From Eledone cirrhosa (Eukaryota), in contig OZ024745.1 in NCBI GenBank assembly GCA_964016885.1, positions 100,440,001 to 100,504,000 on the forward strand: DNA of 64,000 nucleotides, in the 5' to 3' direction. Shown one piece after another: positions 1 through 15,223 of this stretch. The first letter of the stretch is position 1. Every line of letters starts with the position of its first letter. The position numbers and the translations under genes were made by a program. The notes beneath the pieces were generated by a model. It did not search any database and was not told where the DNA came from. It saw nothing but the letters and a program-made list of their open reading frames with translations.

Positions 1-1251
<1,251 letters not shown>

Positions 1252-1263
1252 CACAGACCGTCG

Positions 1264-1451
1264 TTGGATTGGCAGTATCGGTAGAGGGTCGGACGCCATG
1301 CTTTGACGCATAGAGTTACGGCCCTTTCCAATCTGAGTTCAAATCTCGCCGAGGTTAACTATGCCTTACATCCTTACGGGGTCGATAAAATAAAGTACCA
1401 GTAATGCACTGGGCCATTGCTGGCCTTGTGACAAAAGTAGAAACAATTATT
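1264..1451 (+). mobile_element. tRNA-derived SINE (family 1, octopus OR/OK-type)
   Basis: A-box-like TGGCAGTATCGG, B-box-like GAGTTCAAATC, body CATCCTTACGGGGTCGATAAAATAAAGTACCAGT and tail GGCCTTGTG..AAAAGTAGAAACAATTATT. More than 14 copies in the window. Confidence 0.9.
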
Positions 1452-1467
1452 ATAGACATAGACATAA

Positions 1468-1502
<35 letters not shown>

Positions 1503-1551
1503 CATCTGTGTATTTGCGCGCGTTTTTTGTTTGTGTGCGTGTGTGTGTGCA

Positions 1552-4437
1552 TCATATTTGACGGTATTAAGACGCACCAATATTTTTCTTGGATATTTTA
1601 CGGAGAATAGAACCAACTTCAGTGTTTCATAGATTTACTCTAGCCCTTAAGAAATATGGTAGATTGGTATCATTGAATACTAGTCCATGTAGACAAAGGG
1701 AACATATTAGTGAAAGTGTACAAAGTACAATGAGTAAAGTATATGCAGACAAAAGAACTATTTCATTAATATTCGTATACAGCAAAGAACAGAAAATAAA
1801 AATTGAATGTATTCAAATAATATCATTCTCTAGAAAACCTAAGAAATCTTCATCTTTAGAACTTGGTAAGCCAACATCCTCCCTTCTGGCATCCATATTA
1901 CTCTCTTCATCACTGAAATTCTTTACAATATGATCTGAGTCATCAATATTTCTGCAAATAATAAATCGACCGTAGTACCACAAAAGGCATTATTACTGCC
2001 ACATTAAAAAAAAAATATATTTCACAACCATTTCTTCGTTCACGGCATTCTATGAACTTGTTACCCACTCACACGCTCCAGAGTAAGAATAGCAGTTCTC
2101 TTTCTACTGTCACTGTCAGTGTAAAATATGAAGACTACATCCACATCCTACTCCTCTCAGTTAGATCACTTGGTATTACAGCTAACAGCGTCTTCAGATA
2201 TTCAACTTTCTTCTCTCTGAAATTTGTGGTAACTATCTCTCTGAAATTTGTGGTAACTATCTCTCTGAAATTTGTGGTAACTATCTCTCTGAAATTTGTG
2301 GTAACTATCTCTCTGAAATTTGTGGTAACTATCTCTCTGAAATTTGTGGTAACTATCTCTCTGAAATTGTGGTAACTATCTCTCTGAAATTGTGGTAACT
2401 ATCTCTCTGAAATTTGTGGTAACTATCTCTCTGAAATTTGTGGTAACTATCTGTCTGAAATTTGTGGTAACTATCTGTCTGAAATTTGTGGTAACTATCT
2501 CTCTAAAATTTGTGGTAACTATCTCTCTGAAATTTGTGGTAACTATCTGTCTGAAATTTGTGGTAACTATCTCTCTAAAATTTGTGGTAACTATCTCTCT
2601 GAAATTTGTGGTAACTATCTCTCTGAAATTTGTGGTAACTATCTGTCTGAAATTTGTGGTAACTATCTCTCTGAAATTTGTGGTAACTATCTCTCTGAAA
2701 TTTGTGGTAACTATCTCTCTGAAATTTGTGGTAACTATCTGTCTGAAATTTGTGGTAACTATCTCTCTGAAATTTGTGGTAACTATCTCTCTGAAATTTG
2801 TGGTAACTATCTCTCTGAAATTTGTGGTAACTATCTCTCTGAAATTTGTGGTAACTATCTGTCTGAAATTTGTGGTAACTATCTCTCTGAAATTTGTGGT
2901 AACTATCTCTCTGAAATTTGTGGTAACTATCTCTCTGAAATTTGTGGTAACTATCTGTCTGAAATTTGTGGTAACTATCTGTCTGAAATTTGTGGTAACT
3001 ATCTGTCTGAAATTTGTGGTAACTAATAAGGCATATATCTTTGATAGCCCACCAGAACGTCTGGAACCGCACTTTATCTAACCACAATTTTAATCCATCC
3101 TCATCCATCCAGCCTTTTAAATGGATATAATAATCTTGAGGTAATGTCTTTTTTTAAAAATATAATAAAAGGTGGCAGTTAAGTGCTAACATTATAACAA
3201 TCTGCAACAGCCTGGTATTGTCTTCTCAGAAATATATTTTAACAGGAAAAGTTTTAACACTTTAAAATTTTGCCGTCTTAATTGGTGGTACATTAAATGC
3301 CATAGAGACTTCGCTCATATTTGTGAAAGATTATATTTATTTTATTTTATTGCATTAATTACATACGTGTGAAGCTCGACAGAAATTTTGTATTTAGGGG
3401 GCATTTTTGTACAATTCTTGATCTAGTCATCAAAAATCCTATTTCTGCACATAAATCTAGAATTTCTGCACACAAATCTAGAATGTTGATACCCTCAAAT
3501 GAGCGATAATGTTATGCATTTTTATTAGTCTTGAATAGTGAATAACCATTTTGGTAGAAATGTGTTTAATTATTCTCCTAGTTCTGGCCACTTGATAATT
3601 TTCCGGTAGATGCAGTATATAGTGATTTATTTCCTTTTAGTCGTTAATATCTTACCAGTTGTTAGTAGACCAAAATAAAGCGAAACTACCATGTTACCGT
3701 GTTCTTTTGCGTAGGCTATAACAATAAGCTTAAATTTTGTTGTTGCAATATATTCATTGCTTTTGAACCATTGATTTTCATTCCGTGGGAAATTTACCGT
3801 AAAGTATGTTAAAGCAATAGCGTATGCCTACTCAGATCAAAGCAGCTGTGTGATTGTGTAGTTTGTGTATATTTTTATCAACAGATTTGCTAACAGGATG
3901 TGATCCTCGTATTTTTGGGTGTGATAGTGTATGTTACCGCGATCTATCATGAAGGTGTATCACCATTGCTACGGTTTTAACATCAGCCATTTTCAATGTG
4001 GTTGTGCGATTACTTAAGTTTGCAGCATTCCTTTTGTCTTTCTAAGAACATTTGTTTTCATTTACCGTAGATAATAGATAAATGTTTCTAAAAGGAAACA
4101 TAATCATTAAATAACGCAAGGTATATATATGATGTGCATTAAATATGTTGGAGAGAGATCACGAGAGGGTAAATGTGAGCCTTTAATCTATCGTTAACTT
4201 CAGATGTACGGCAAGCCATTGTTAAGTTCTTCGACAAGTTTGCTTTTCAATTGTGTTAATACATTGTGATAATTAGACTTGTATTTTAATTAATTTACCT
4301 TTAGTGACACACGTTTTGTGTTTAGTAGACCACAACTTGTACGACTTCATAGCTAGGTAATGTGTACATAGAAGCAAAGTAAACATTTAGTGCATTATTT
4401 GGAGAGAAAAAACTGCATCTTACACGCCGTCAAATAT

Positions 4438-4439
<2 letters not shown>
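1552..4439 (-). mobile_element. Degenerate pogo/Tc2-like (POGK-like) DDE DNA transposon
   Basis: Imperfect TIRs CATATTTGACGGTATTAAGACGCA / TGCATCTTACACGCCGTCAAATATAG. Minus-strand remnants FKLIVIAYAKEHGN, KWPELEN, KGWMDEDGLKLWLDKV, KTLLAVIPSDLT and CEWVTSS*NAVNEEMVVK follow the pogo HTH-CENPB-DDE order. Confidence 0.8.
2212..3025. repeat. 24-bp minisatellite, about 34 copies (TCTCTCTGAAATTTGTGGTAACTA)
   Basis: Seen directly. TCTCTCT/TCTGTCT variants; two units carry a 1-nt deletion near 2365-2390. Confidence 0.97.
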
Positions 4440-4532
<93 letters not shown>

Positions 4533-4583
4533 ATTAAGTCAAATATGTAAAATTTGGCTTCGTTTATTACAAATTATACATAT

Positions 4584-4640
4584 ACTGCTAAATAGATATT
4601 TCGGTGACAACCATCATTGGCTGTGACCTCTTCAGGCAGT
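4584..4640 (-). ncRNA. Type I hammerhead ribozyme motif
   Basis: Minus strand: ACUGC CUGAAGA [GGUCACAGC caaugau GGUUGUCACC] GAAA UAUCUAUU UA GCAGU. Stem I is ACUGC/GCAGU; stem III is imperfect. Confidence 0.65.
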
Positions 4641-4844
4641 CCGAATTGGTGTGGGAAGGACAGGTACACATGTTGTTGAAGTGTGTTTTACTCCGTCAAT
4701 CCATCGATATGTCCAGCTCCTGGTAGTGTTGTTATTTCTCTTAGGAACTGGAATCATATGATTCCAGTTCCTAAGAGAAATAACAACACTATATACTTAT
4801 ATACTTTTATATACTTATGGTCCTGTGAGTGTTTTGAGAAGAAA

Positions 4845-5058
4845 AAATTTCAAATTTTCAATGCCCTGGGGTCCGCATTAGCCGATTTAGCGATCTCTGT
4901 CTATAATTCTTAGTCTTTCTTCTTAGATATATTTCTTTATTAATTCTTAAATAGATACATAGATATAACGTTGCGCGGTTATAATATCTGTCTGTATGTC
5001 TGGCTGTCTGCATTACGACATTATGACGCTGTGTGTGTATATTATATGTATATATATA

Positions 5059-5089
<31 letters not shown>

Positions 5090-5209
5090 GTGTGTAACGT
5101 TTTTCGAAATATTTACTTCTGCGTTCACAGATTGATTTTTTTAGTTTCGGAAGATCCCGTTAAGGGTGAAAGCAGCGATTCTTTGCTTAAACTTTAATCT
5201 GTTATTTTA

Positions 5210-5288
<79 letters not shown>

Positions 5289-5435
5289 TATATTCGTGTA
5301 CAGATATTTTTGCATACACAATAACAAACGTATAAACAAACGTATTTATTTCACGAGGCTGGATAAGGATAAATATATATCAAATATATAAGAACACTAG
5401 AGCAAATCCCGAGCAACGCCGGGCCATTCTGCTAG
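4845..5435 (+). mobile_element. Non-autonomous Helitron remnant, interrupted by (TA)n and a pLTR-like piece
   Basis: Body 4845-5030 is homologous to the Helitrons at 44745-44900 and 45690-45830. 3' hairpin CCCGAGCAACGCCGGG is followed by CTAG|T at 5432-5436. Confidence 0.7.
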
Positions 5436-5531
5436 TATATACTATAGTATGGAGTTTTAAATGTATGTATATTTCCGGTAATGGTTATGACGAAATTTAC
5501 ATTGACAATGACGAATATATAGGTGTGTATG

Positions 5532-5578
<47 letters not shown>

Positions 5579-5579
5579 G

Positions 5580-5631
<52 letters not shown>

Positions 5632-5731
5632 GTGTGTGTTTTGCAACGGGTCACTTTGTGGCTCAATGAAGAGTTAATAAATTAAATAATCAGAGCTATA
5701 TATCATAAAACATGTCTATAGACATGTTTTA

Positions 5732-5777
<46 letters not shown>

Positions 5778-5808
5778 TTATATATTGTATAATACCTGCT
5801 TATACATA

Positions 5809-5892
<84 letters not shown>

Positions 5893-5996
5893 ATAATTCC
5901 TGCTTATGCACGCACACACACGTGCACACACACACATACCAACACACACACATACACACACACACCAGCACACACACACACGCACACACACACACG

Positions 5997-6034
<38 letters not shown>

Positions 6035-6522
6035 AAATAAGCAGGAATTATACAATTTCAACTCGGTGTATACTGTTTTGTGATTGGTAACCCAAATAAC
6101 CTGTTGGTTCTGGTATCTCAAATGAATTTGTTATTTCATACTTTAATTGCTGAATATGTCAAATTCTCTGTCAAGAGAATCATTCACCCTCACCCCCGCC
6201 ATGTTGTTTTATTTTTCTTTTGGTCTTTTTATATATTTTTTGGTAAATGCCGTCAATTGACTGTTTTACAATAAGCTGAATGTCAGCGATGTCATTTAAT
6301 TCCCATGGAATATAGTGAGGAAAGATATCATGTTCCTCCCAAAATCAGGAATTTAGGGAAACAAAATACGACAACATATGATGAAAAAACTGCATAAATT
6401 TCAACACTGGTTGAAAGAGGTCCCCGTTACGTCGGTCAACAGTTCCTTAGTTGAAAGCATACACGCACACACATGCACACGCTCACATGCCCACACGCAC
6501 ACATACACCCATACATACACAC

Positions 6523-6574
<52 letters not shown>

Positions 6575-6587
6575 AAATATATATATA

Positions 6588-6649
<62 letters not shown>

Positions 6650-6653
<4 letters not shown>

Positions 6654-6757
6654 CGTTATTCCGGGTTGAATCGGAGGTAACCACAGTAAGTAAGGTACTC
6701 AATACATAGCAGAGTATAAAAGTTTTATTATAGATGAGATTCTACAGGACTAGAACT
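6650..6757 (-). mobile_element. PLE pLTR-like fragment, family A (3' part)
   Basis: Reverse complement matches 41735-41837 and 22306-22410. Flanked by (TA)n. Confidence 0.75.
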
Positions 6758-6793
6758 CCTGTTATATATATAAGTACATATATATATATATAC

Positions 6794-6890
<97 letters not shown>

Positions 6891-7384
6891 ACGATGCTAT
6901 TGTTCACAAATGCATGCAATAAAACAAACACATAACGCATATATACAACTGGTTTATATTCACACACATACTTATTTACATAAGCTACATATACGTGTGT
7001 GTGTGTGAATGTGCGCGCGTGTGTGTGTGCACTAACATACATGTATGTGTCTGTGTGAGAGTATCATATCCTGATAGGTTTTTTGAATGTATGAACTAAT
7101 AAGAAATTAACTCTCAAAGATCAAATTCCGATAATGATCTAATAACTTACTGAGAGCTCCTTCACCTTCAAATGCCAGCAAATAGAAATAAATGGTGAGA
7201 AATCTATCACCCATCAATTCTTCTCTCTTATATATTGAAATATTCTTTTATTGATATTGTAATGTAAACTGATTAAGTTGTAGGTAAAGTGTGCTGGACT
7301 TCCGGCAGATCCGACGACGAGTCTGCGTGTTTGATTTTTTTGATTTTTTTTACTAATGGAACAGCCTGTTTGTGAAATTAAGCA

Positions 7385-7610
7385 TTCCACAGTCACGTGT
7401 ACCCTTAATGTAATTCTCAGAGAGATTCGGTGACACACAGCGTTTGACATGGCCGACCCTTTGAAGTACAGGTACAACCTATTTGGCTAGCTGAATGGAT
7501 CGAGGCACGGGAAGTAAAGTGTCTTGCTCAAGGACAAATGTCCCACTGGGAATTGAACTCTTAGTCTTACAATCGTGATCTGAAGACGCTAATCACTAAG
7601 CTATGCGTCT
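7385..7610 (-). mobile_element. tRNA-derived SINE (family 2), degenerate
   Basis: Minus strand has A-box-like TAGCTTAGTGATTAG and B-box-like GAGTTCAATTCC, then the GTCCTTGAGCAAGACACTTTAC core typical of metazoan SINE2s. Confidence 0.6.
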
Positions 7611-7614
7611 TCAC

Positions 7615-7925
7615 CAACGGTTGCTCACCGACAGGTTTGCAGTCGTGCCCTTGGCAGTGGAGACTTCTGGTGTCTTTGGCCCTAGGGCCACCTCCTTACT
7701 CACCACCATAGGCGCTGAGCTGGCCAGCCGCAGGTGTGAGCCTCGCGAGCTGGAATGGCTCTTCCAGCGCATCTCCCTTACCATCCACGGGGAAACGCAT
7801 TCTCCATTCTGTCTGCCGGGGCGGTGGGGAGGCCAGCACGTGCGACCCCATTTTCTCACCATACAGTGAGATGAGAAGGGCAACAGAGATGGAGGCGATG
7901 ACAGTGGGAGTTCGGCTTTTCCACG
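7615..7925 (+). mobile_element. 3' fragment of CRE-like non-LTR retrotransposon (restriction-like endonuclease C-terminus)
   Basis: VVPLAVETSGVFGPRA...WLFQRISLTIH matches the P.A.ET.G..G...FQRIS.AIQRGN terminus of CRE-clade RLE ORFs. Related copies at 50.6-51.6 kb. Confidence 0.75.
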
Positions 7926-9089
7926 TTAGGACCATATCCTTGTTCAAATAATTATATGTCACTCATTTTGTCTTGTTTTCTTCCCCGTTTTGGGGTACTT
8001 TTTTTCATGGTCCTCCCCGTTTGCATTTTTAGGGGTTGGCAGGTATGTTCCTAACCTTTTCCTGTATTTCAATAGGAGCTGTAGTCTATTAAATTGTCTA
8101 CACACCGAACCTCAAAATGTGTCACCTCTATATCAAAGTTTAAGAAATCGATAACACTACTTTGTTTACGTGAGTTTGTATGCGTGCAAGTGTGAATATT
8201 CTAGAAGTACGCTTCGTTCACTTGTAACTCACCAGTACTTTGAGGATTGTTTTGTTGTTGATGTTTAGAATCAAACTAGAAAGTAATTCTTCCAGACCAA
8301 ACCAATAACTGTGACCAATGAAGCCTATCGTCAAAAGCGTTCGCCTTGAACATCACATAATCTTTTTTTAATCAATATCTTTCGTTATTGGTACGTTAAT
8401 CTAGTTTCAGATTTATTTTCAGATTAACTACAAACGAAAGAACACACTTTCAATTACATAAATTATTAAATACGTTTGAGTTAATACAATTTTAGTTAAT
8501 TAATAAAGAATTTCTACCATGTAAATTATAAAATTCATAATACAGAACATATTTTAAATTTTCATATTATTTGTTATAATACTGTCTTGTCGAAGAAATG
8601 AGATCGAAGAAAAGTTAGTTGTGTATTCGTCACCAAATATACTGTTACAGATATGTGATCAACGAACTAGCTAATGTTCCTCGCATTGCTCTATATTTGT
8701 ATGTATGGACCTGTAACCCCTGATGGAGTCGTAGGGGCGCCATAGTGACATACAGAGTGTCTTGGGTATTTTAAATCTGACGGAGCCTATCCCCTCTTCA
8801 GGTCCGATCACACGATTTCTTTCAGAAAGAAAGGGAGATTGTGTGTGATAGAGAAAAAGTGTAAGAAGAGGACAAACCGACGTCAGTACTAGAGTGATAT
8901 ATTTCTATCGATATTTTTATATCAATTAAAAAAAATGCTCGTTATCCAATATATCCTTCCTTAAGTGGGTGGGAGATCTCTCCGTCGGACGGAGGGAGTT
9001 GACAGGTCTGATATAATATATATACTTTCGACTCTTGCATTTATTATCAACTATTTCCGTTTTATTCAGTACAAGTTTATATATTGAGG

Positions 9090-10155
9090 GCGAAGATTGT
9101 AGAAAATGGAACTGGAACTTGCCCCATCTATAGGAGAACATTTTAGAACAGAATAGAAACAATTAGGAATAAGGCAAATAAAATAAACTCATGGTATGAT
9201 AGCAATAAATACCAGAGTGTAATGTTCGTCAATACAAACCCTAGAGGCGAACTAGCTTATAGATTTAGAAGGGCCCTAGACAAGCTCAAATTAAATATTA
9301 AGATAGTTGAAAGACCAGGTATTCCGATAAAAACCCTAATTAGCAAGACATACCCATTTCAAAGAGCCCTATGTGCTGATAGGAAATGCATAGTCTGCAA
9401 GCTAAGCCCGCAAATTAACTACAAAACCAGGAACGCAGTATATAGTACCAGATGTACTGAGGGACAGTGTAGGAATAAGAATATAACATATATAGGTGAA
9501 ACAACCCGTAGCATAGGAGAAAGGATAAGTGAACACTGGTGAGAACTCCTGGATGGAAACAAACTCATCAGAACCCCACCAACATGCCAAAATATAACAT
9601 AGGGGCACATTAGAAAACAGAGAGATAAAAATGATATCCACACACAGAAAAGATTCAATGCTCAGACAAATTACTGAGGCAACAAATATAAACGAACTCC
9701 AACCAAAATTAAACAAAAAACATAAGTGAAATAGCAACATCATAACTAGTAATTAAGGACAAAATGAAGACATACAGACACACACAAAAAAACAAACTAA
9801 CAACACAAATCAAACACACGCAGATAGAACAAACAACCAACTAGTGACAAATGAACAAGCACATAAATAAATAAACACACACACACACACACCCGGATGT
9901 AACGCATGCGCAAACTAATCACACAACACACAACGCACAAAAACAAGATGGTGTAGGACAGAACATAGGAGTCACGCACAAAATAAAAACCTAGTCATTG
10001 AGGAGGTCACAGAACTTGTGACGAAAGAGCTTTGACAATATATAAACAACCTTCCGGTTATCGAACCAACCAACTAACCAACCGGAAATTTATAATAAAT
10101 TGAAGTGAAAACCAACAGGAGCGTGTGTTTTTATTGGCAACATGACCCTCCCAAT
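9090..10155 (+). mobile_element. 5'-truncated Penelope-like element: GIY-YIG endonuclease remnant plus 3' pLTR
   Basis: CADRKCIVC...NAVYSTRC...YIGETTRSIGERISEH. Same family as 56165-57988. Degenerate hammerhead at about 9994-10036; ends TGACCCTCCCAA followed by (TA)n. Confidence 0.88.
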
Positions 10156-10393
10156 ATATATATATATATATACAAACGCTTATGACTAAACATTTCCGGA
10201 TTATGGACATGTAGTCCACAGTAAAGAGAAAACAGGCTTAACGTTCTTGATACAACCCTACCAACCCCCCCCCCCCCCGGTTCTAGGATACCAAATAGTC
10301 TGTTATAAAATAGTCATACTATATTAAACCTTTCAACATGTTTGTAATGTTGTGTAAGAACATTTTGTTAAGCCGTATCCCAAACACCAGCTT

Positions 10394-10578
10394 AATAATT
10401 GTTTCTACGTTAGGCACAAGCCCAGCAATTACCCAGTGCATTACTGGTACTTTATTTTATCGACCCCGTAAGGATGAAAGGCAAAGTTAACCTTGGCGGG
10501 ATTTGAACTCAGAATGGCAAGGGCCGTAACTCTATACGTCAAAGCATGGCGTCCGATCCTCTACCAATACTGCCAACC
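10394..10578 (-). mobile_element. SINE family 1 with TSD-like ACCAGCTTAATAAT flanks
   Basis: Reverse complement of the 1264-1451 consensus. Direct repeat at about 10386-10399 and 10576-10589. Confidence 0.88.
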
Positions 10579-10914
10579 AGCTTAATAATAAAAATGAGCG
10601 GTATGTTACTACATCCCTTCAAACTTTTGATTATCTTCAAAATTGAAACACATTAGCAGCGTATTTCATTAGAAATATGACAATAAAAGATATGATATGA
10701 ATTTATTTAAAATTTAGACTCGATATATGATATGCAATCTAAATAGCTTTGGGATGTAACCCTATCTTATAATTTGATGTTACAGTTACAATGCAAAGAG
10801 GCCTGTTTTGATACATACATCTGATGTATATGGTTATGAGTTGGTGCGCACGCAAGCGTGTATATGTGTGTATGTGCACGTGTATGTGTGTTTATTTGTA
10901 TGTGTATGTTTGAA

Positions 10915-11350
<436 letters not shown>

Positions 11351-11900
11351 TGTTGATGCAATTCTTAGCAGCTGAACAATTTATATACATTATTAACCGA
11401 CTTCGAAAGTTTTCACAAGAAAATATTGAGGACTGAAATATGTTGTCTGTAATTAAAAACACGTGCAATATAGATATATGGAAATATGAAATACTACATA
11501 CATACATACATGGTGGCTGCCAACTCGTTTTCGAGTACGGCCACTACTTTATATCCATGTAGGAGAACCCCTACCGAAGCGCTGAACGAGTGTGACTTTT
11601 TAGTCCAGCCAGCGACTTGAAAACTCTGGTACAAACACTACACCTGTGACAAATATTGACACATAGTGCTGGGCCCATGGCACCATGTGACGACAAGTGC
11701 AGAGAGATCTCCAGATATAAAGCAATGCCTGTGCCGTGAAGCTTTTATAGTGAGCAAAGGCACTGCACAAAGCCAGTTCCACTCTCTTAACCAAGATGAT
11801 ATTTACCAAAAAGAAGAACAAGTCAACATCATTGGATACCATCAGGGTTGCAGGTGTTATATATATATATATATATATATAAATATAAATATATATATAA

Positions 11901-11969
<69 letters not shown>

Positions 11970-12227
11970 TATATATATATAAACAATATTGGCCAAGACT
12001 GCTGCTATGGTAGCAGGCAGGCCGCTGTCTTATTAACAAACCACTTTCCACTGATTGACCTCGATGTCACATGATTGATTCTTTTTGAATTTGCCACCGA
12101 CGCAGAGGCAGTGATTTTCTCAATGGCTAGGAATTCAGTCCACGCTTTGCTATTTTCTATCCACTGAATTATTTTTGTATAAGTTTCCAGAGTCCTCGCT
12201 TTGCCTGGATACTTAGCTGAGAATAGT

Positions 12228-12307
12228 CTTCCCTGACGACGAAATGCTTCTCTGTATTTTCTTCGGAAAGTATATTTATTCCATTTCAGAAACTAATTAG
12301 TTCGGAG
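12228..12307 (+). ncRNA. Candidate hammerhead motif with long stem II
   Basis: CUUCC CUGACGA c[GAAAUG...CAUUUC]a GAAA CUAAUUAG UU cGGAG. Stem III is palindromic; the stem I register is off by one. Confidence 0.5.
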
Positions 12308-12414
12308 TGAAATTTTAGTAAGTAAGTTAATTTTATAATTTTCTTATTTTACGTCTCTCATATATATTGATATATATATATATAAGATCAAAAGATGGTT
12401 AAAAGAATTCCAAG

Positions 12415-12485
12415 TATTTTATTATGCGCATTTCAAAAACAAATATCATTATGAGATGATATCTGCGTTTTCATCAGATAAAATA
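12415..12485 (-). ncRNA. Type I hammerhead ribozyme, family B
   Basis: Minus strand: UAUUUUAU CUGAUGA [AAACGCAGAUAUCAU cucaua AUGAUAUUUGUUUUU] GAAA UGCGCA UA AUAAAAUA. Confidence 0.85.
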
Positions 12486-12487
12486 GT

Positions 12488-13010
12488 GATACATGATATG
12501 AAGGTTAAAAAACACTTCTGAATAGTGAAGTTTTAAATCAACATATGTAAAATAATTTAAGATTGATGTGTGATATTGGGAAAAAGTGAGGGGAGGGGGT
12601 TGGAAAGGGTGAGAAAGAGGAGGAGATGAGAGTAGAGAATGTGGGGGAGGAGTATAAGAAGGAAGGATGAGAGAGGAGGAGAGATGGGTGATAGAGAGAG
12701 AGAGATAGCCTTTACAACTGAGAAAAATATATATTGTCTCACAGAGAGAAGTTAAAAAGCCGTTGGAAGATAATAGATAATTTAAAAGAATTTGAAATTA
12801 ATAGTTGATGAAGAGAAAAAGGGGTTAAGAATAATATTAAATTAAGGTTTGTATATTCCTTCTTATACTCCTCCCCCACTATTCTCTACTCTCATCTCCT
12901 CCTCTTTCTCCCCCTCCCTCACTTTTTCCCAATATCACAAATTATTTTTCATATGTTGATTTAAAACTTCACTATTCACAAGTGTTTTTTAACCTTCATA
13001 TCATGTATCC
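12488..13010. repeat. Long inverted repeat (family B element with inverted 5' part)
   Basis: 12488-12663 is the reverse complement of about 12857-13010 (e.g. GAGATGAGAGTAGAGAAT / ATTCTCTACTCTCATCTC), with a spacer of about 190 bp. Confidence 0.9.
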
Positions 13011-14377
13011 GTACAACGCCCGGGCAGTGTACCAATGCGTGTGCGACGGTTTCCTCGTCACGCACGCATCTCGGACAGATCTTCTTCGAGGGGTCCCTAC
13101 CCGGGCGCCCGTGTCTGTAGAGCTTGTCCCGAACGGGTAGAGCTCCTCGGTAACATTGCCAAGCCAGGGACTTTTGGAAGTTGTCCATTGGTGCCGGGCC
13201 AAACATTCTACCGAACAGACTGGCCAGCTCATCTTCCTCCATGCCCAGAGCCTCTCCGAGAGCGTCGTCGCACTTACTGCGCACCAACCCTCTATAGAAT
13301 GTTGAGGTTGAGTCTCCACTGATTGCCGGATCCACTTGCCAGAGGGCCGTGAGCGCCTGGGCACATTCAATGTGCCAGTCGCCCACTTTTCTCGGTCTTT
13401 GCTTGACCCAGGATTGCAGCTCGGTGAGTGAGACAAGTTCGGAAAGGCTCGCCTCACAAACAGGGCCCACACCGGCTGACCGGTGAGGAATACCTGGAGG
13501 TGCCGTAGCCTTAATGCGTGTCTACGCATCGTCAGCCACGGCATCCCCAGCCCTCCGTTCGAAGGGTGTTGACAGCAGATGGATCTTCTCACCAAAGGAG
13601 ACCGCTTCTTCCAAAGAAATCGGAAGAGCGCGCGCTCCATTTTGGCGAGTGTTTTCTCTGGGCAAGGCACGACGGTCAAGCGGTAGTAGATGACAGACGC
13701 TATATAAGTGTTCGCCACCTCCGCTCGACCTTTCAGGTATAGTTTGCACTCGGCCCACTTCTGGGCGAGTGCAAACACCTTGCCCGTTACCTCGTCCCAG
13801 TTTTTCTCCACCTGGAGGTCCGGTCCGAACCAGACCCCGAGCAGCTTCATCGGTCCCTCCGTCCAGCGTCCGACGATGCCGTCGGAGGGCATCGTTTTGC
13901 CCCTCCACGCCCCGAGCTGCAAACCGACGGACTTGTCCCGGTTCAGTTTGGCTCCTGTGAACCTTTCATATTCCTCCAGTAAGGTGCCGATCTGCCCGAT
14001 TTCCGAGGCGCACGACACCATTACTGTCACGTCATCGGCGTAGGCCGACACCGCTTTCCGCAATCCCGGTTCCAACGGGATGTCCTGCAACAGCTACAGC
14101 TTCCGCAGTAGTAGCTCGAGAGCCAGCATATACAGGAGGGAGGAGAGAGGGCACCCCTGTCGGATGGATCGCGTGATTTGGAACGGCTCCGAGAGAGAGA
14201 TGCGTAGATCTCAAAGTCGTCGAAGATGGGGGCCAGTTGGCGCTCGCTGCTGATCCTGAACTCGCAAATAACCATTATATCAACTCTGTGCGACCTGAGG
14301 TCATTTAAGAGTTTGCCCTGTTTCCAGGACATCCCCAGGCTGCGTGCATTCACACATCCAACTCTTATATTGGCCAT
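12996..14377 (-). pseudogene. LINE ORF2 remnant (APE N-terminus, RT C-half, zf-RVT)
   Basis: YADD motif and strong similarity to the ORF pieces at 62258-63811. Frameshifts and a large deletion. Confidence 0.9.
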
Positions 14378-15165
14378 GTTGGTGCTGAAGAATTAAAAAG
14401 GAAGAGGAAAGGAAATTACTTTCTTCGTCTCCTGAGGACCAGGCTCACAATTTCCATGGGGGTGTTGGAAGGGTTGTTTGGTGGGGTGGCGGTTTGTGGT
14501 GGGGTGAGGATATCAGTGTGTGGTGGGATTAGGGTGTTTGGTGGGGTGTGGGTGTCTGGTGTGGGGGTGGGGAAACATCTCAATAGGACGTGGTTAAGTG
14601 GTTTGGTGCAGTTGGTCCCCACATGCATTGGATGGTTCTTTTTCAAAGTTACATAGGTTTCCGTTGGGACCCTAATCATCATTAGGTGCGGTTTGTTCGC
14701 TGCGTAGGTGAAAGTGATCCATTCGGTTTCCACCGAAGGGTTATTTTCTATTGCTTTCATTAAAGTTTTATTGTTCTTGTTAATGTATGTATAGTATTTT
14801 TGTTGTGTTGTGTTTGTTTTTGTTTGTTGTTCTTGTGCGTGTTTGCGTTTTGTAGTATGTGTTATGTTTTGGGGAGGGGTGGGTTTTTTTGTTTGTGATG
14901 TTTGTTCTATTTGTGCTGGTGGTTGTGTGTTTGTAGCATTTTTGTTAATGTGGTGCCTTTTTTTTTCCTTTTCACCTGTTGAAAGGGTTCTCCCTCGACG
15001 TCACTGGGTGACGTTGATACGGAGTCCTCTTCCGTGTTGTTGGGGAGGGGTATATTTTGGGGTTTTGTTGTGGTTGCTTTTGTATTTGTTTTAGGTGGGG
15101 AGGGGTTGCGTGGAACAGTGTTTTGTGTTGTTATTTTTCCGTGTTGTTGTTGTTGTTGTTGTTGC

Positions 15166-15223
<58 letters not shown>

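Noticed and set aside
1264-1360. tRNA genes
   Set aside because: A/B-box-like motifs belong to SINE heads; no cloverleaf could be drawn.
2212-3025. CRISPR-like array or repeat protein (VVTISLKF)n
   Set aside because: Units are contiguous with no unique spacers, there are no cas genes and the context is eukaryotic. It is a minisatellite.
9540-9542. In-frame UGA in the PLE GIY-YIG region as possible selenocysteine
   Set aside because: It aligns to Gly (HWGEL) in the 56.6-kb relative, not to Cys, and the copy has other lesions.
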